64,000 bases of DNA from Gaiellales bacterium (GCA_045806525.1 JBJMJD010000105.1:2680-66679), one strand, 5' to 3'; numbered from the stretch's first letter, positions 7,277 to 16,779 are shown. Notes: generated by a model not told the origin, from the letters alone. A program made the numbers and translations.

Positions 7277-8239
7277 CTACCCGGTCGCGTCGGGCGGTCC
7301 GGCGTCGGCTGTGACCGGCTCGGCCAGCGGGTCGATCTCGCCGTCCTCCTTCTTGCGCACGTGAATCAGCCCACGCGTCTGCTTCCACCCGATCTGTGCG
7401 GCCAGCATGGTCAGGCCGAACGCCACGCTCCACGCCGTCGTGATCAGCGCCTGGCCGACCGTGTAGGCCGTGATCACGCTCTGGGGCGCCACCCCGTTCA
7501 GCACCACCGATGCCAGCGCCGTCTGCGACCCGACCGCCCCCGGCGCGATCGCGATCGTCGAGGAGATCGAGGACGCCGCCACGATCAGGAAGATGTTCTC
7601 GACAGACACGGGGATGTGGTACGCGTACATGAAGGTGGCGTTCACGCCCATCCGCGCGGCGTACGACGCCGCTTCGACCAGCACCACCTGCGTCATGAAC
7701 TTGCCCGGCGTGGTGAGGATGCCGCCGCCGTCCTTGGCCTGCTCCCAGGTGTGGTGCAGCCGGTGCCAGAGGATCTTGCCGACCACGAAGATCAGGGCGG
7801 CGCCAACGACCAGGATGATCAGGGTCAGCCCGACGTGATCCGCGAACCAGCCGAACTTGACGTCGAATGAGCCGGCCACGCTCAGGAACAGCCACAGGTA
7901 GACGATGGCTGCGACCACAACGAAGAAGATGTTCTGCACGAGCGTCGCGCCCACCAGGCCGGCGACGGTCGACCCGGCGATGGCGCTGCGGTACAGGCCC
8001 AGCATCGCCACCGTGCCCGCCGAGGCCGGCAGGATCGAGTTGAGGCCGGCGCCGCCCGCGTAGTAGCTCAGCACCTCGCGGTAGGGCAGCACCGACTTGG
8101 GATAGGCGGCGCGCAGGATGTTGCGCCACGCCAGCGAGATGAACAGCGTCTGCAGCAGCTGGAAGCTCAAGCCCAGCACCACCAGCGGCAGCGAGACCGC
8201 TTTCAGAGTGTCCCAGAACTGGTTCAGCCAGTCAGCCAC
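7277..8239 (-). CDS. UPF0104 / lysyl-PG-synthase-TM-region (MprF flippase-like) family membrane protein
   Basis: 320 aa, polytopic. The N-terminal LVVLGLSFQLLQTLFISLAWRNILRAAYP pattern matches this family from memory. Confidence 0.7.
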   Translation of the reverse strand: MADWLNQFWDTLKAVSLPLVVLGLSFQLLQTLFISLAWRNILRAAYPKSVLPYREVLSYYAGGAGLNSILPASAGTVAMLGLYRSAIAGSTVAGLVGATLVQNIFFVVVAAIVYLWLFLSVAGSFDVKFGWFADHVGLTLIILVVGAALIFVVGKILWHRLHHTWEQAKDGGGILTTPGKFMTQVVLVEAASYAARMGVNATFMYAYHIPVSVENIFLIVAASSISSTIAIAPGAVGSQTALASVVLNGVAPQSVITAYTVGQALITTAWSVAFGLTMLAAQIGWKQTRGLIHVRKKEDGEIDPLAEPVTADAGPPDATG

Positions 8240-8293
8240 GAGGCAAGGCTACTCCGAGCACCTGTCGTCATCGCCTTCGGTCGCGTAGGGTTT

Positions 8294-10333
8294 GTGCTCA
8301 TGACCGCCTCACAGCCCGAAATGCGGTGGCACCCCGAGCGCCCGCAGCTGCGCCCGCTGCGGATGGTGGTGAGCTGGGTGATCTCGGCGCTCTCGCTGCT
8401 GTTCGCTGCGGTGGTCGTGCCGGAGGTGACGGTCTCCGGGTTCTGGGGCGCTCTTCTGATCGCCGCCCTGATCGCCATCCTGAACGCGATCGTGCCGCCC
8501 GTGATCGCGGCGCTGCGGCTGCCGTTCACCCTGATCTCGAGCTTCCTGCTGATCCTGTTCGCAGACGCTGCCCTGCTGCTCGTCGCGTCGGACGCGTTCC
8601 CGGGAGCGATGCATGTCCCGGGCCTCGGCCGGGCGCTGGCCGTGTCGCTGCTGGCGGCTGCCGCGGCGATGGTGATCACCATCCTGGCCGGGATGGACGA
8701 CGACGACGAGTACACGCTGCGCGTGACCCAGCGGATCGCGCGGCGCACCGGCAATGTCCAGCGCACCGACGTGCCGGGCGTGATCTACCTCGAGATCGAC
8801 GGGCTGGGGCTGCCGGTGCTGCAGCGGGCGATGCGCGACGGCAACGCGCCGGAGATGGCACGCTGGCTGGTCGACGGCTCGCACCACATGGTGGAATGGC
8901 AGACCGACCTGTCGTCGCAGACCGGAGCCAGCCAGGCCGGGATACTGCTGGGATCGAACGAGGACATCCCCGCCTTCCGCTGGGTCGACAAGCGCACCGG
9001 CCGCGTGATCGCCTGCTCGGGCCCGGACGACTGCGCGGAGATGGAGCAGCGCCTGGCCACGGGCGTCGGGCTGCTGGTGGGCGGCGGCGCCAGCCGCGGT
9101 AACCTGTTCTCGGGTGAGGCCGACGCAACGATCCTGACCGTCAGCCGGCTGAGCGCCGAGAAGAAGGCGAACCCTGGCTACCGCAGCTTCTTCGCGAACG
9201 GGTTCAACGTCACCCGGGTGCTGGTGCTGTTCTTCTTCGAGGTGGGCCTGGAGTGGGTGGCCGCCATCCGCGGTATCCGCCGCAACGTACAGCCGCGGGG
9301 GCACCGGGGCGGCAAGTACCCGTTCATCCGGGCCGGCATGTGCGTGGTCGTGCGCGACCTGATCGTGCACGGCGTGCTCTCGGACATGATGCAGGGACGC
9401 GCCGCCGTCTACGCCACGTTCTCGAGCTACGACGAGGTCGCGCACCACTCCGGCCTGGAGCGGGCCGACACGCTGGAGGCGCTGCGAAAGCTGGACGAGC
9501 AGTTCGGGCGGATTATGCGCGCGTGCCGCTACGCGCCCCGCCCCTACCGGATCGTGGTGCTGTCCGACCACGGCCAGACGCAGGGCGCCACCTTCCGGCA
9601 GCGCAACGGCTACGGGCTGGACGACCTCGTGCGCCGCTCGCTGGAGTCGGGCTCGGTCGGCGAGATCTCAGGTGCCGAAGAGGCCCAGGCGATGGTCGGC
9701 CACGCGCTGACCGAGGCCACCGGCGGCGATGCCAAGGACCCGGACGCCGACGAGAGCACGCCCGAGGGCGAGGACGTGATCGTGCTCGGGTCGGGCAACC
9801 TCGGGCTGCTGTACCTGATGAACCACCCCGAGCGGCTGACGCTGGAGCAGATCAACGCCGAACACCCGCGCCTGATCCCGGCCCTTCGCGCCCATCCTCA
9901 CGTTGGCTGGCTGCTGGTGCGGGCGGCCTCCGGGCCGGTGGTGCTGGGCGCGACCGGCAGCCGTGACCTGGTGTCGGGCGAGGTCGAGGGCGACGATCCG
10001 CTGGCACCGTTTGCGCCCGAGGCGGCGCAGCACCTGGCCCGCACCGACGGCTTCTCCAACGTGGCCGACATCATGATCGGCAGCTTCTACAGCCCCGACC
10101 TCGAGCAGGGTTGCGCGTTCGAGGAGCTGATCAGCTTCCACGGCGGGCTGGGCGGCCCGCAGACGCGGCCGTTCATCCTCTACCCGGTCGAGCTGGCCGC
10201 TCCCGAGCAGCCGATCCTGGGGGCCGCGCGGGTGCACGAGATCCTGTCCGGCTGGCGCCGGGACCTGCAGGGGGAGTTCGTGTCCCTGGCGGCGGTCACG
10301 CCGGCTCCGGCGCCCGATGCCGCCGCCACGTGA
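8294..10333 (+). CDS. membrane-anchored alkaline-phosphatase-superfamily protein (holin-4-like 4-TM N-domain + type I phosphodiesterase/nucleotide pyrophosphatase-like domain)
   Basis: 679 aa. The first ~130 aa are hydrophobic. The soluble part has VIYLEIDGLG and VVLSDHGQTQG motifs typical of the AlkP superfamily. Confidence 0.7.
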   Translation: MLMTASQPEMRWHPERPQLRPLRMVVSWVISALSLLFAAVVVPEVTVSGFWGALLIAALIAILNAIVPPVIAALRLPFTLISSFLLILFADAALLLVASDAFPGAMHVPGLGRALAVSLLAAAAAMVITILAGMDDDDEYTLRVTQRIARRTGNVQRTDVPGVIYLEIDGLGLPVLQRAMRDGNAPEMARWLVDGSHHMVEWQTDLSSQTGASQAGILLGSNEDIPAFRWVDKRTGRVIACSGPDDCAEMEQRLATGVGLLVGGGASRGNLFSGEADATILTVSRLSAEKKANPGYRSFFANGFNVTRVLVLFFFEVGLEWVAAIRGIRRNVQPRGHRGGKYPFIRAGMCVVVRDLIVHGVLSDMMQGRAAVYATFSSYDEVAHHSGLERADTLEALRKLDEQFGRIMRACRYAPRPYRIVVLSDHGQTQGATFRQRNGYGLDDLVRRSLESGSVGEISGAEEAQAMVGHALTEATGGDAKDPDADESTPEGEDVIVLGSGNLGLLYLMNHPERLTLEQINAEHPRLIPALRAHPHVGWLLVRAASGPVVLGATGSRDLVSGEVEGDDPLAPFAPEAAQHLARTDGFSNVADIMIGSFYSPDLEQGCAFEELISFHGGLGGPQTRPFILYPVELAAPEQPILGAARVHEILSGWRRDLQGEFVSLAAVTPAPAPDAAAT

Positions 10334-11363
10334 GCCCCAGCACCGCTCCTAGCACCAGCGTCGGCACGACCGTCAGCACCCGGTAGAGCAGCACCGCCGC
10401 CACCGCCTCCGCGTTGCCGGCGCCGAAGCCGACCAGCGCTGAGGACAGGCCGAGCTCGACGATGCCGACGCCCCCGGGCGTGATCGGGACGGCGGTCAGC
10501 AGGCGCACCAGGCCCCATGCCGCCATCGCCTCCACCCAGGTCACCTCGGATGAGGGAACGCCGGTCGCACGCAGGCACACCAGCAGCACGCCGAACACCG
10601 TCAGGTGCCCTGCGAATGCGGCCAGCGTGATGACGTGCCAGCGGCGGGACAGCAGGTGCACCGTCTCGCCGCGGAAGCGCACCATGGCGGCCCCCCAGCC
10701 CGAGCGCGGGTCGCGGCGTACCAGCCGCAGTGCCCAGTTGACGACGCGTTGCGCGCGGTCCCCCCATACCTGCGCTTGCTGATCGCTGCGGAACGCCATC
10801 ACCAGCGCCGTCGCCAAGAAGACGATCACGCCCATGCCGATCAATCCGGCCGTCAGCAGCAGCGTGCTGGTGCCGCCGGTGAGCAGCAGCAGCGCCAGGG
10901 CCACCATCGGCAGCGTCACGTTCACGATCTGGTTCCAGGCGCCGGTCACGACAACGGCCACGGCGATCGCGCTCGACCGGTATCTCCAGCTTCGCAGCAT
11001 CGCGTAGGACGCAGCCAGGCCGACGGCGTCGCCACCCGGCACCGCGATCGAGATCGCCGTCGAAGTCTGGGTCAGCACCATCGACTGGCGGTAGTTGAGC
11101 CCCGGCAGCGCCGCCATCCAGGGTGGTCCGTAGGTGGCAACGTTGATGGCCGTGGCAACCGCGAGTGCCACCAGCGCCTGGTTGCTGAGGCCGGTCACCA
11201 CATCCCACACGTCCGAGTAGTTGGCGATCCGGGGCAGCAGCACCAGGAACACCAGCAGGATCGCCGCGATGCCGACCACGGCGGGGCCGAACCTGCGCAC
11301 CAGCGACTTCTGCTCCGCCTCCGGCTCTTGCGGCTCGCCCACGACGGGCGGCTCGGCGGTCAC
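10296..11363 (-). CDS. UPF0104 / lysyl-PG-synthase-TM-region family membrane protein (second copy)
   Basis: 355 aa, polytopic, paralogous in layout to 7277-8239. 4-nt overlap with the upstream SHOCT gene. Its 3' end overlaps the convergent gene by 38 nt. Confidence 0.7.
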   Translation of the reverse strand: MTAEPPVVGEPQEPEAEQKSLVRRFGPAVVGIAAILLVFLVLLPRIANYSDVWDVVTGLSNQALVALAVATAINVATYGPPWMAALPGLNYRQSMVLTQTSTAISIAVPGGDAVGLAASYAMLRSWRYRSSAIAVAVVVTGAWNQIVNVTLPMVALALLLLTGGTSTLLLTAGLIGMGVIVFLATALVMAFRSDQQAQVWGDRAQRVVNWALRLVRRDPRSGWGAAMVRFRGETVHLLSRRWHVITLAAFAGHLTVFGVLLVCLRATGVPSSEVTWVEAMAAWGLVRLLTAVPITPGGVGIVELGLSSALVGFGAGNAEAVAAVLLYRVLTVVPTLVLGAVLGLTWRRHRAPEPA

Positions 11364-12706
11364 GGCAGCAGCGAGGATTTCATGGCCTGGAACTCCTGAT
11401 CAGTGAGCGCGCCCTGGTCGTGCAGCGCAGACAGGCGCTCCAGCTGGTCAACCGGTGTCTCGGCCGTCGCCGGTGCCGTCGTGACGGCGGCCTGCTGCGG
11501 CCGCGACAGCTTCGCCCTCGCAGCCGCAACCACGTCGCCGCTCTGCGCGTCGGGGAACTCCTTCACCGACTGCCGCCGCACGGCCTCCAGCCCGATGCCG
11601 GCCAGCACGATCATCACCAGCGCCGGCACCGGCCGGCGGAAGGCCTGCGTCGGCGCCCACCAGATCAGGAACAGGACGACCGCGGCGAAGGCAACCCAGA
11701 CCTGGCCGGCGTGGTCGCGCGCGTGCGGCGCGAACGCCCGCCTGATCGCGACCGGCCGCTCGCCCTCGCCCGAGACCCAGGCCCAGATCACGACGATGAA
11801 GCCGACCCCGATCACCGTGCGGGTGGTGTCCTTGAGTAGGGCCGTGATGACGTCCCAGGCGGCGTTCGCGGCCGGCCGGTTCTCCGGCAGCTTGACGAGG
11901 TTTTCGACCAGCAGGCTGCCGCCGACCGTGCGTCCGATCACGAGGATGACACCGGCCGCGATGATGCCGATCCCGCAGTTGCGCACGGCCCGGCGCCGGT
12001 AGCCGGTCGCCAGGTACACCGCCAGGGCGTACAGGGCCAGCGAGACGAACGGCAGCACCCAGGCCAGCACCTTCAGCCAGTGTGCCAGCGTCTGCACCAG
12101 CGACAGCTGGTCGGAGGTGAAGATCACGATCTTTCCGCCGGCGATGCTCGTGGTCGGGCTCAGCCCCAAGCGGCCGGCCAGGTTCTGCTCGAGGCCGCTG
12201 GTGTTGATGGCGACCTCTCCACCGCCCGTTTTCAGTCGGTCGCCGCCGCCGTCCAGCACCAGCACCAGCTGCGCGTGGGCAACCTCGTTCGCCTTGATCC
12301 ACGCGGCCTGGGCGCGGTCTGAGGCCAGCAGGCGCGCGGCCGCGCGGTCGGCGTAGTCGCGCAGCGCGGCCGCGGCGGGCGCGGCCAGCGGCTGCGCCTG
12401 CTCGGGCAGCAGCGGCTTGATCTGGGTGGCGACGTCGACGTTCGCGTAGAGCTGGTCGACCAGGTTCGAGGCCAGCGCCTGCTGGATCTCAGGCTGCTGC
12501 AGCAGCTGGGCGGTGGTGGTGTTGTACCCGTCCGAGTCGAGCACCACGCGCCGGATCCACAGCGCCAGCACCGACAGGATCAGCACCAGCGATGCCGCCG
12601 CGATCAGGCTGCCGACCATCCATCGCCGGCGACGGGATGCCCTCTGCGTTGCTGTCTGGTCGGCGTTCTCGGCCGCTTCACCCTCCACCGGCTGATTGCT
12701 GCTCAC
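11360..12706 (-). CDS. integral membrane protein with C-terminal SHOCT domain
   Basis: 448 aa. One N-terminal TM, a large extracytoplasmic segment, and several C-terminal TMs. The tail LERLSALHDQGALTDQEFQAMKSSLL is a SHOCT motif. Confidence 0.6.
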   Translation of the reverse strand: MSSNQPVEGEAAENADQTATQRASRRRRWMVGSLIAAASLVLILSVLALWIRRVVLDSDGYNTTTAQLLQQPEIQQALASNLVDQLYANVDVATQIKPLLPEQAQPLAAPAAAALRDYADRAAARLLASDRAQAAWIKANEVAHAQLVLVLDGGGDRLKTGGGEVAINTSGLEQNLAGRLGLSPTTSIAGGKIVIFTSDQLSLVQTLAHWLKVLAWVLPFVSLALYALAVYLATGYRRRAVRNCGIGIIAAGVILVIGRTVGGSLLVENLVKLPENRPAANAAWDVITALLKDTTRTVIGVGFIVVIWAWVSGEGERPVAIRRAFAPHARDHAGQVWVAFAAVVLFLIWWAPTQAFRRPVPALVMIVLAGIGLEAVRRQSVKEFPDAQSGDVVAAARAKLSRPQQAAVTTAPATAETPVDQLERLSALHDQGALTDQEFQAMKSSLLP

Positions 12707-12772
12707 GCTGTCCGCCCCGTCCTTTGTAGGTCGATTGCCACGGCCATGCTATCGGTTGGGGGCTTCGTGGCG

Positions 12773-12813
12773 CCGGGCGGCGTGACCGCATCCGAAAGCG
12801 GACGACCGCCCGG
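12773..12813. other. 41-nt GC-rich extended hairpin in a divergent intergenic region
   Basis: CCGGGCGG (12773-12780) pairs with CCGCCCGG (12806-12813). There are 3 further pairs (12781-12783 with 12802-12804) and an inner CCGC/GCGG stem with loop ATCCGAAA. Confidence refers to the structure being present in the sequence. Confidence 0.5.
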
Positions 12814-12894
12814 ATGTGAGCAGGCTCCCGTTGACAAAGGCTCTCTCATGTTCACGAGCTACGCTGCGGCTGGACACACTGGGAGGTAGCGGAG

Positions 12895-14058
12895 ATGCGG
12901 ATGGGCAAGCGATCATCGGTGCGGGTGCTGGGCTGGGCAGGTCTGGCGCTGGTGATGTTGGGAGCGGTGAGCGTGACGGCGATGGCGTTGACGGCCGGTC
13001 ACGGAAAGGTGCCGCCCCCAAAGCCGCTGGCCGTCGCGTTGCACGACGCGGCAACCGCCGCGCCGCCAGCAGGCGTGACCGCACACTTCGCCGTGCACCA
13101 GCACCTGATCCCCGGCAGCTCGAACCTGCTCTCGTCGGGGCCGCTGGCCGGCGCCACCGGCACCGTCTGGGCCGCAGGCAACGAGGTGCGCGTGTCGGTG
13201 CACTCGCAGCTGGGCTCGTCACAGCTTGCCTATGACGGCACGTCCGTCACGTTCTACAACCCGAAGAACCATGCCGCCTACCGCCTGGCGGTGCCGCCGC
13301 ACACGCGTGACAGTGAAACGAGCTCGTCGGCCCGACAGGCGCCTCCGTCGGTGGCCGATATCAGCAAGCTGCTCACCGGCATCGGCAAGGATGCAGTGCT
13401 TTCGGGAGCGATCCCCGGCAACGTGGCCGGACGACCGGCCTACACGGTGCAGGTGCGGTCGCGCCACGCCTCGGGCCTGGTCGGCTCGCTGGCGCTGGCC
13501 TGGGATGCGGCACGCGGCGTGCCGCTGCGCTTCGCCATCACCCCGCGCGGCTCGAGCACCCCAGCGCTGGAGCTGGTCGTCACCGACATCCACTTCGGCA
13601 AGCTCTCGGCCGGCGCCACCAGCCTGACCCTGCCCGCCGGCACGCACACGGAGGCGCTGCAGCTTCCCTCCAAGCACCAGGTGCAGGGAGCCGCCAAGCA
13701 CGTGCACTCGGTCTCCGGAGCGGGCGCGGTCGCGAGGGCCGTGCAGTTCCACCTTGCCGCCCCGGCCACGCTGGCCGACCGGCCCCGCGCCGAGGTGCGG
13801 TCGCTGGGCGACGGCGCGCTGATCGTCTACGGCAAGGGCCTCGATTCGCTGCTGGTGTACGAGAAGCGGGCCGGTGGCCATGCCGCCGCCGCCACGCTGC
13901 CGGTGATGTCGCCGGTATCTGTGAACGGCGCGCCCGGGCATGAGCTCGAGACGACGCTCGGCAGCGTCCTGCAGTTCAGCAAGGGCGGGGTTACCTACAC
14001 GGTCGCCGGGTTCCAGACGGCCGACACGATCCTCAGCGCAGCACAGTCGCTGCATTGA
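12895..14058 (+). CDS. secreted/anchored LolA-like + DUF4367-like protein
   Basis: 387 aa. GGGAGG Shine-Dalgarno and an N-terminal signal anchor. The C-terminal FSKGGVTYTVAG...TILSAAQSLH resembles DUF4367. Its stop overlaps the TTG start of the next ABC ATPase (TTGA). Confidence 0.5.
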   Translation: MRMGKRSSVRVLGWAGLALVMLGAVSVTAMALTAGHGKVPPPKPLAVALHDAATAAPPAGVTAHFAVHQHLIPGSSNLLSSGPLAGATGTVWAAGNEVRVSVHSQLGSSQLAYDGTSVTFYNPKNHAAYRLAVPPHTRDSETSSSARQAPPSVADISKLLTGIGKDAVLSGAIPGNVAGRPAYTVQVRSRHASGLVGSLALAWDAARGVPLRFAITPRGSSTPALELVVTDIHFGKLSAGATSLTLPAGTHTEALQLPSKHQVQGAAKHVHSVSGAGAVARAVQFHLAAPATLADRPRAEVRSLGDGALIVYGKGLDSLLVYEKRAGGHAAAATLPVMSPVSVNGAPGHELETTLGSVLQFSKGGVTYTVAGFQTADTILSAAQSLH

Positions 14059-14981
14059 GCGCCCCCGCCGCGGCGGGTGCCCTCGTCGAGATCGACGGTG
14101 TCAGCAAGCGCTACGGCGACGTGGTGGCGCTTGACGAGGTATCCGCAGCGGTGACCGAGCGGGCGGTCGGCCTGCTGGGCGCCAATGGTGCCGGCAAGTC
14201 GACGCTGATGCGTTCGATGCTGGGCCTGATCCGGCCCGACGAGGGCAGCATCAGGGTGATGGGCATGGGCATCGAGCACGCCTGGGACATCCGCCGGCGG
14301 CTCGGTTACATGCCGGAGCACAGCTCGCTGCCGATGGGTATGACCGCCCGTGACCTGGTCGTCCACATGGGCGAGCTGCGCGGCCTGCCGCGCCGGGTGG
14401 CGGTGCTGCGCGCCTCGGAGGTGCTGTTCCAGGTCGGCCTCGAGGAGGAGCGCTCGCGGCTGATCCGAACCTTCTCGGTGGGCATGCGACAGCGCACGAA
14501 CCTGGCCCAGGCGATCGTGCACTCACCCGCGATGGTGATCCTGGACGAGCCCACGAACGGCCTTGATCCGGCGGGCCGCGAGGAGATGCTGACCCTGGTG
14601 CGGCGGCTGTCCGCCGACCTCGGCATCGCCGTGATCATGTCGTCGCACGTGCTCGAGGACATCGTTCGCACCTGCGACTCGGTGCTGGTGCTGCGGGACG
14701 GGAAGATCGTTGCCAGCCAGCGCCTGGCGCAGGCCGACCGCGTCGACAACGGCGAGGTGCAGGTGCAGATCGTCGGCGACGCCGAAGCGTTCAGCACAGC
14801 CGCCGCGGCGCTGGGGCTGGCGGTGCGGCCGGACGGCGAGTGGCTGCTGGTGCGGGGCGACGACGCCGACACGGTGCTGCGCGGCGTGCGCGATGCCGCC
14901 ATCGCGAGCGGTGCCGGGCTGCACGAGCTGCGCCCGGCCGGCCCCACCATCGAGCAGTCGCTGATCGGAGCGATCGGATGA
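14055..14981 (+). CDS. ABC transporter ATP-binding protein (ABC-2 type)
   Basis: Walker A GANGAGKST, signature FSVGMRQR, Walker B ILDEPTNGLD. Confidence 0.9.
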   Translation: MSAPAAAGALVEIDGVSKRYGDVVALDEVSAAVTERAVGLLGANGAGKSTLMRSMLGLIRPDEGSIRVMGMGIEHAWDIRRRLGYMPEHSSLPMGMTARDLVVHMGELRGLPRRVAVLRASEVLFQVGLEEERSRLIRTFSVGMRQRTNLAQAIVHSPAMVILDEPTNGLDPAGREEMLTLVRRLSADLGIAVIMSSHVLEDIVRTCDSVLVLRDGKIVASQRLAQADRVDNGEVQVQIVGDAEAFSTAAAALGLAVRPDGEWLLVRGDDADTVLRGVRDAAIASGAGLHELRPAGPTIEQSLIGAIG

Positions 14982-15847
14982 GCAGCGAAGCGCGGCTGGT
15001 CGACACCGCGTTCACCACCTACCAGGGACCGCGCGCGGGACGGCTGGCCGCGATCTGGTCGCTCGCGCGCTGGAGCGCGCTGCGAGCGCTGGGCGCCCGC
15101 CGTGGCTGGAAGGCGAAGGTGATCCCGATCTCGCTGACGCTGCTGGCGTTCGCGCCGGCGCTGGTGGTTCTGGGCCTGCGCGCCATCCTCGGCTCGGGCA
15201 GCGTCAGCCGCAGCGTCGCCAACGCCGTCCCGTACTCCGATTACATCAGCACGATCGCGATCGTGGTCCTGGTGTTCAGCGTCGTGATCACCCCGGAGCT
15301 GGTCTGCCCCGACCGCCGCGACCGAACGCTGTCGCTCTACTTCTCCACCGCCATCGGGCGCCTCGACTACGTGCTTGGCAAGATCGCGGCCGCGCTGATG
15401 CCGCTGCTGCTGGTGACGCTGGCGCCGGTGCTGCTGCTCTTCGCCGGCACCGTGCTGTTCTCCGTCCATCCGGTCGGCTACCTGCAGGCGAACTGGCTGG
15501 ACCTGCCTCGCATCCTCGCCTCCAGCCTGATCGTCGCCATCTTCTATGGGCTGGTGGGGCTGGCGATCTCGTCGCTGACCAGCCGCCGCGCGTTCGCGGT
15601 CGGCGGGTACCTGGCGTTTCTGGCCATCTCGACGGTCATGGGTGGCGTCCTCAGCCATGCCCTGGACGCCCGCTACTTCCGGCTGCTGGCGGTGGCGGCG
15701 GCGCCGATCCGGGCCGGGCAGGGCCTGTTTCCGAAGTACTCCGACCCGGGGGACATCAGTCCCGCGGTGTGGGGCTCGACCGTCGTCGAGGTGTGCGTGG
15801 TGGCTGTCATCGTGCTGGCGGTGCGGTACGGGAGGGACGAGGAGTGA
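14978..15847 (+). CDS. ABC-2 type transporter permease
   Basis: ATG at 14978 (ATGA overlap). About 6 TM segments. The track ORF start at 14840 overlaps the ATPase gene and is rejected. Confidence 0.7.
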   Translation: MSSEARLVDTAFTTYQGPRAGRLAAIWSLARWSALRALGARRGWKAKVIPISLTLLAFAPALVVLGLRAILGSGSVSRSVANAVPYSDYISTIAIVVLVFSVVITPELVCPDRRDRTLSLYFSTAIGRLDYVLGKIAAALMPLLLVTLAPVLLLFAGTVLFSVHPVGYLQANWLDLPRILASSLIVAIFYGLVGLAISSLTSRRAFAVGGYLAFLAISTVMGGVLSHALDARYFRLLAVAAAPIRAGQGLFPKYSDPGDISPAVWGSTVVEVCVVAVIVLAVRYGRDEE

Positions 15848-16779
15848 GCGCGCCGGCGATCGAGTTCACCGGTGTGTCGCGCTGGTACGGGGACACCGTC
15901 TCGCTGGCCGACGTCTCGTTCACGGCAGACGCGGGGGTGGTGGGGTTGCTCGGCCACAACGGTGCCGGCAAGTCGACCACGTTGAAGCTGTGCGCCGGGT
16001 TCTCGACCCCCAGCACCGGCACCGTGCGCATCTACGGCGACAACCCGCGGCGCAACCCGGAGGTCTACCGGCGGGTCGGGATCGTGCCCGACCACAGCCC
16101 GCCATGGCCGTTCCTGACGGCGCGCGAGGTGGTCGAGCTATCGGCCCGCCTGCACAAGGTTCCCGACTACCGGGAAGCCGCCGCCCGCGCGATCGCGACC
16201 GTCGAGCTGGAAGCGGCCGCCGACCGGCGCGTGGCCGGGTTCTCGCACGGCATGCGCCAGCGGGTGAAGCTGGCCCAGGCGATCGCGCACGAGCCCGACC
16301 TGCTGCTGCTGGACGAGCCGCTGAACGGCCTCGACCCCACCCAGCGTGAGCACGTGATCTCGCTGCTGATCCGGCTCGGCGAGCAGGGCCGCACCGTGGT
16401 GGTGTCGTCCCACGTCCTGCACGAGGTGGAGCGGATGGCTCCGCGGGTGCTGGTGCTGGTGAACGGGCATCTGGTGGCCGAGGGTTCGACCGCGGGGATC
16501 CGTCAGCTGATCAGCGAGCGGCCGCGGCGCGTGCTGGTGACTGCCGACAACGCCCGCGCGCTGGCCCGCGAGCTGATGTCGAGCGCGGCGGTCGATGCCG
16601 TGCGGATCGCCGATGGCAGGATCGAGGTCGAGACCAGCGAGCCGTCGCAGCTGAGCCGCGAGCTACCGGCGGCCGCCGGGCGCACCCAGTCGCTGCTGCG
16701 CCTGATCCGGCCGGTCGGTGACGACCTGGAGAGCGTCTACACCTACCTGCACGAGCGAGCCAGGGGACAGGCGCGATGA
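15844..16779 (+). CDS. ABC transporter ATP-binding protein (second ABC-2 type ATPase)
   Basis: GTG at 15844 (GTGA overlap). Walker A GHNGAGKST, signature FSHGMRQR, Walker B LLLDEPLNGLD. Confidence 0.9.
   Translation: MSAPAIEFTGVSRWYGDTVSLADVSFTADAGVVGLLGHNGAGKSTTLKLCAGFSTPSTGTVRIYGDNPRRNPEVYRRVGIVPDHSPPWPFLTAREVVELSARLHKVPDYREAAARAIATVELEAAADRRVAGFSHGMRQRVKLAQAIAHEPDLLLLDEPLNGLDPTQREHVISLLIRLGEQGRTVVVSSHVLHEVERMAPRVLVLVNGHLVAEGSTAGIRQLISERPRRVLVTADNARALARELMSSAAVDAVRIADGRIEVETSEPSQLSRELPAAAGRTQSLLRLIRPVGDDLESVYTYLHERARGQAR

Noticed and set aside
6273-8129. A 618-aa minus-strand ORF spanning the deoR gene and part of the UPF0104 gene.
   Set aside because: It is antisense to the well-supported DeoR regulator. 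It has the GC-rich junk composition (RRPQLDPAGLGGHGGDAG...) and carries no recognisable domain.
12831-12865. A perfect TTGACA at 12831, considered as the -35 of the LolA-like/ABC-2 operon promoter.
   Set aside because: The nearest TAnnnT hexamer (TACGCT at 12860) is 23 nt away, too far for a sigma-70-type promoter. No better -10 lies at 16-19 nt, so I make no promoter call.
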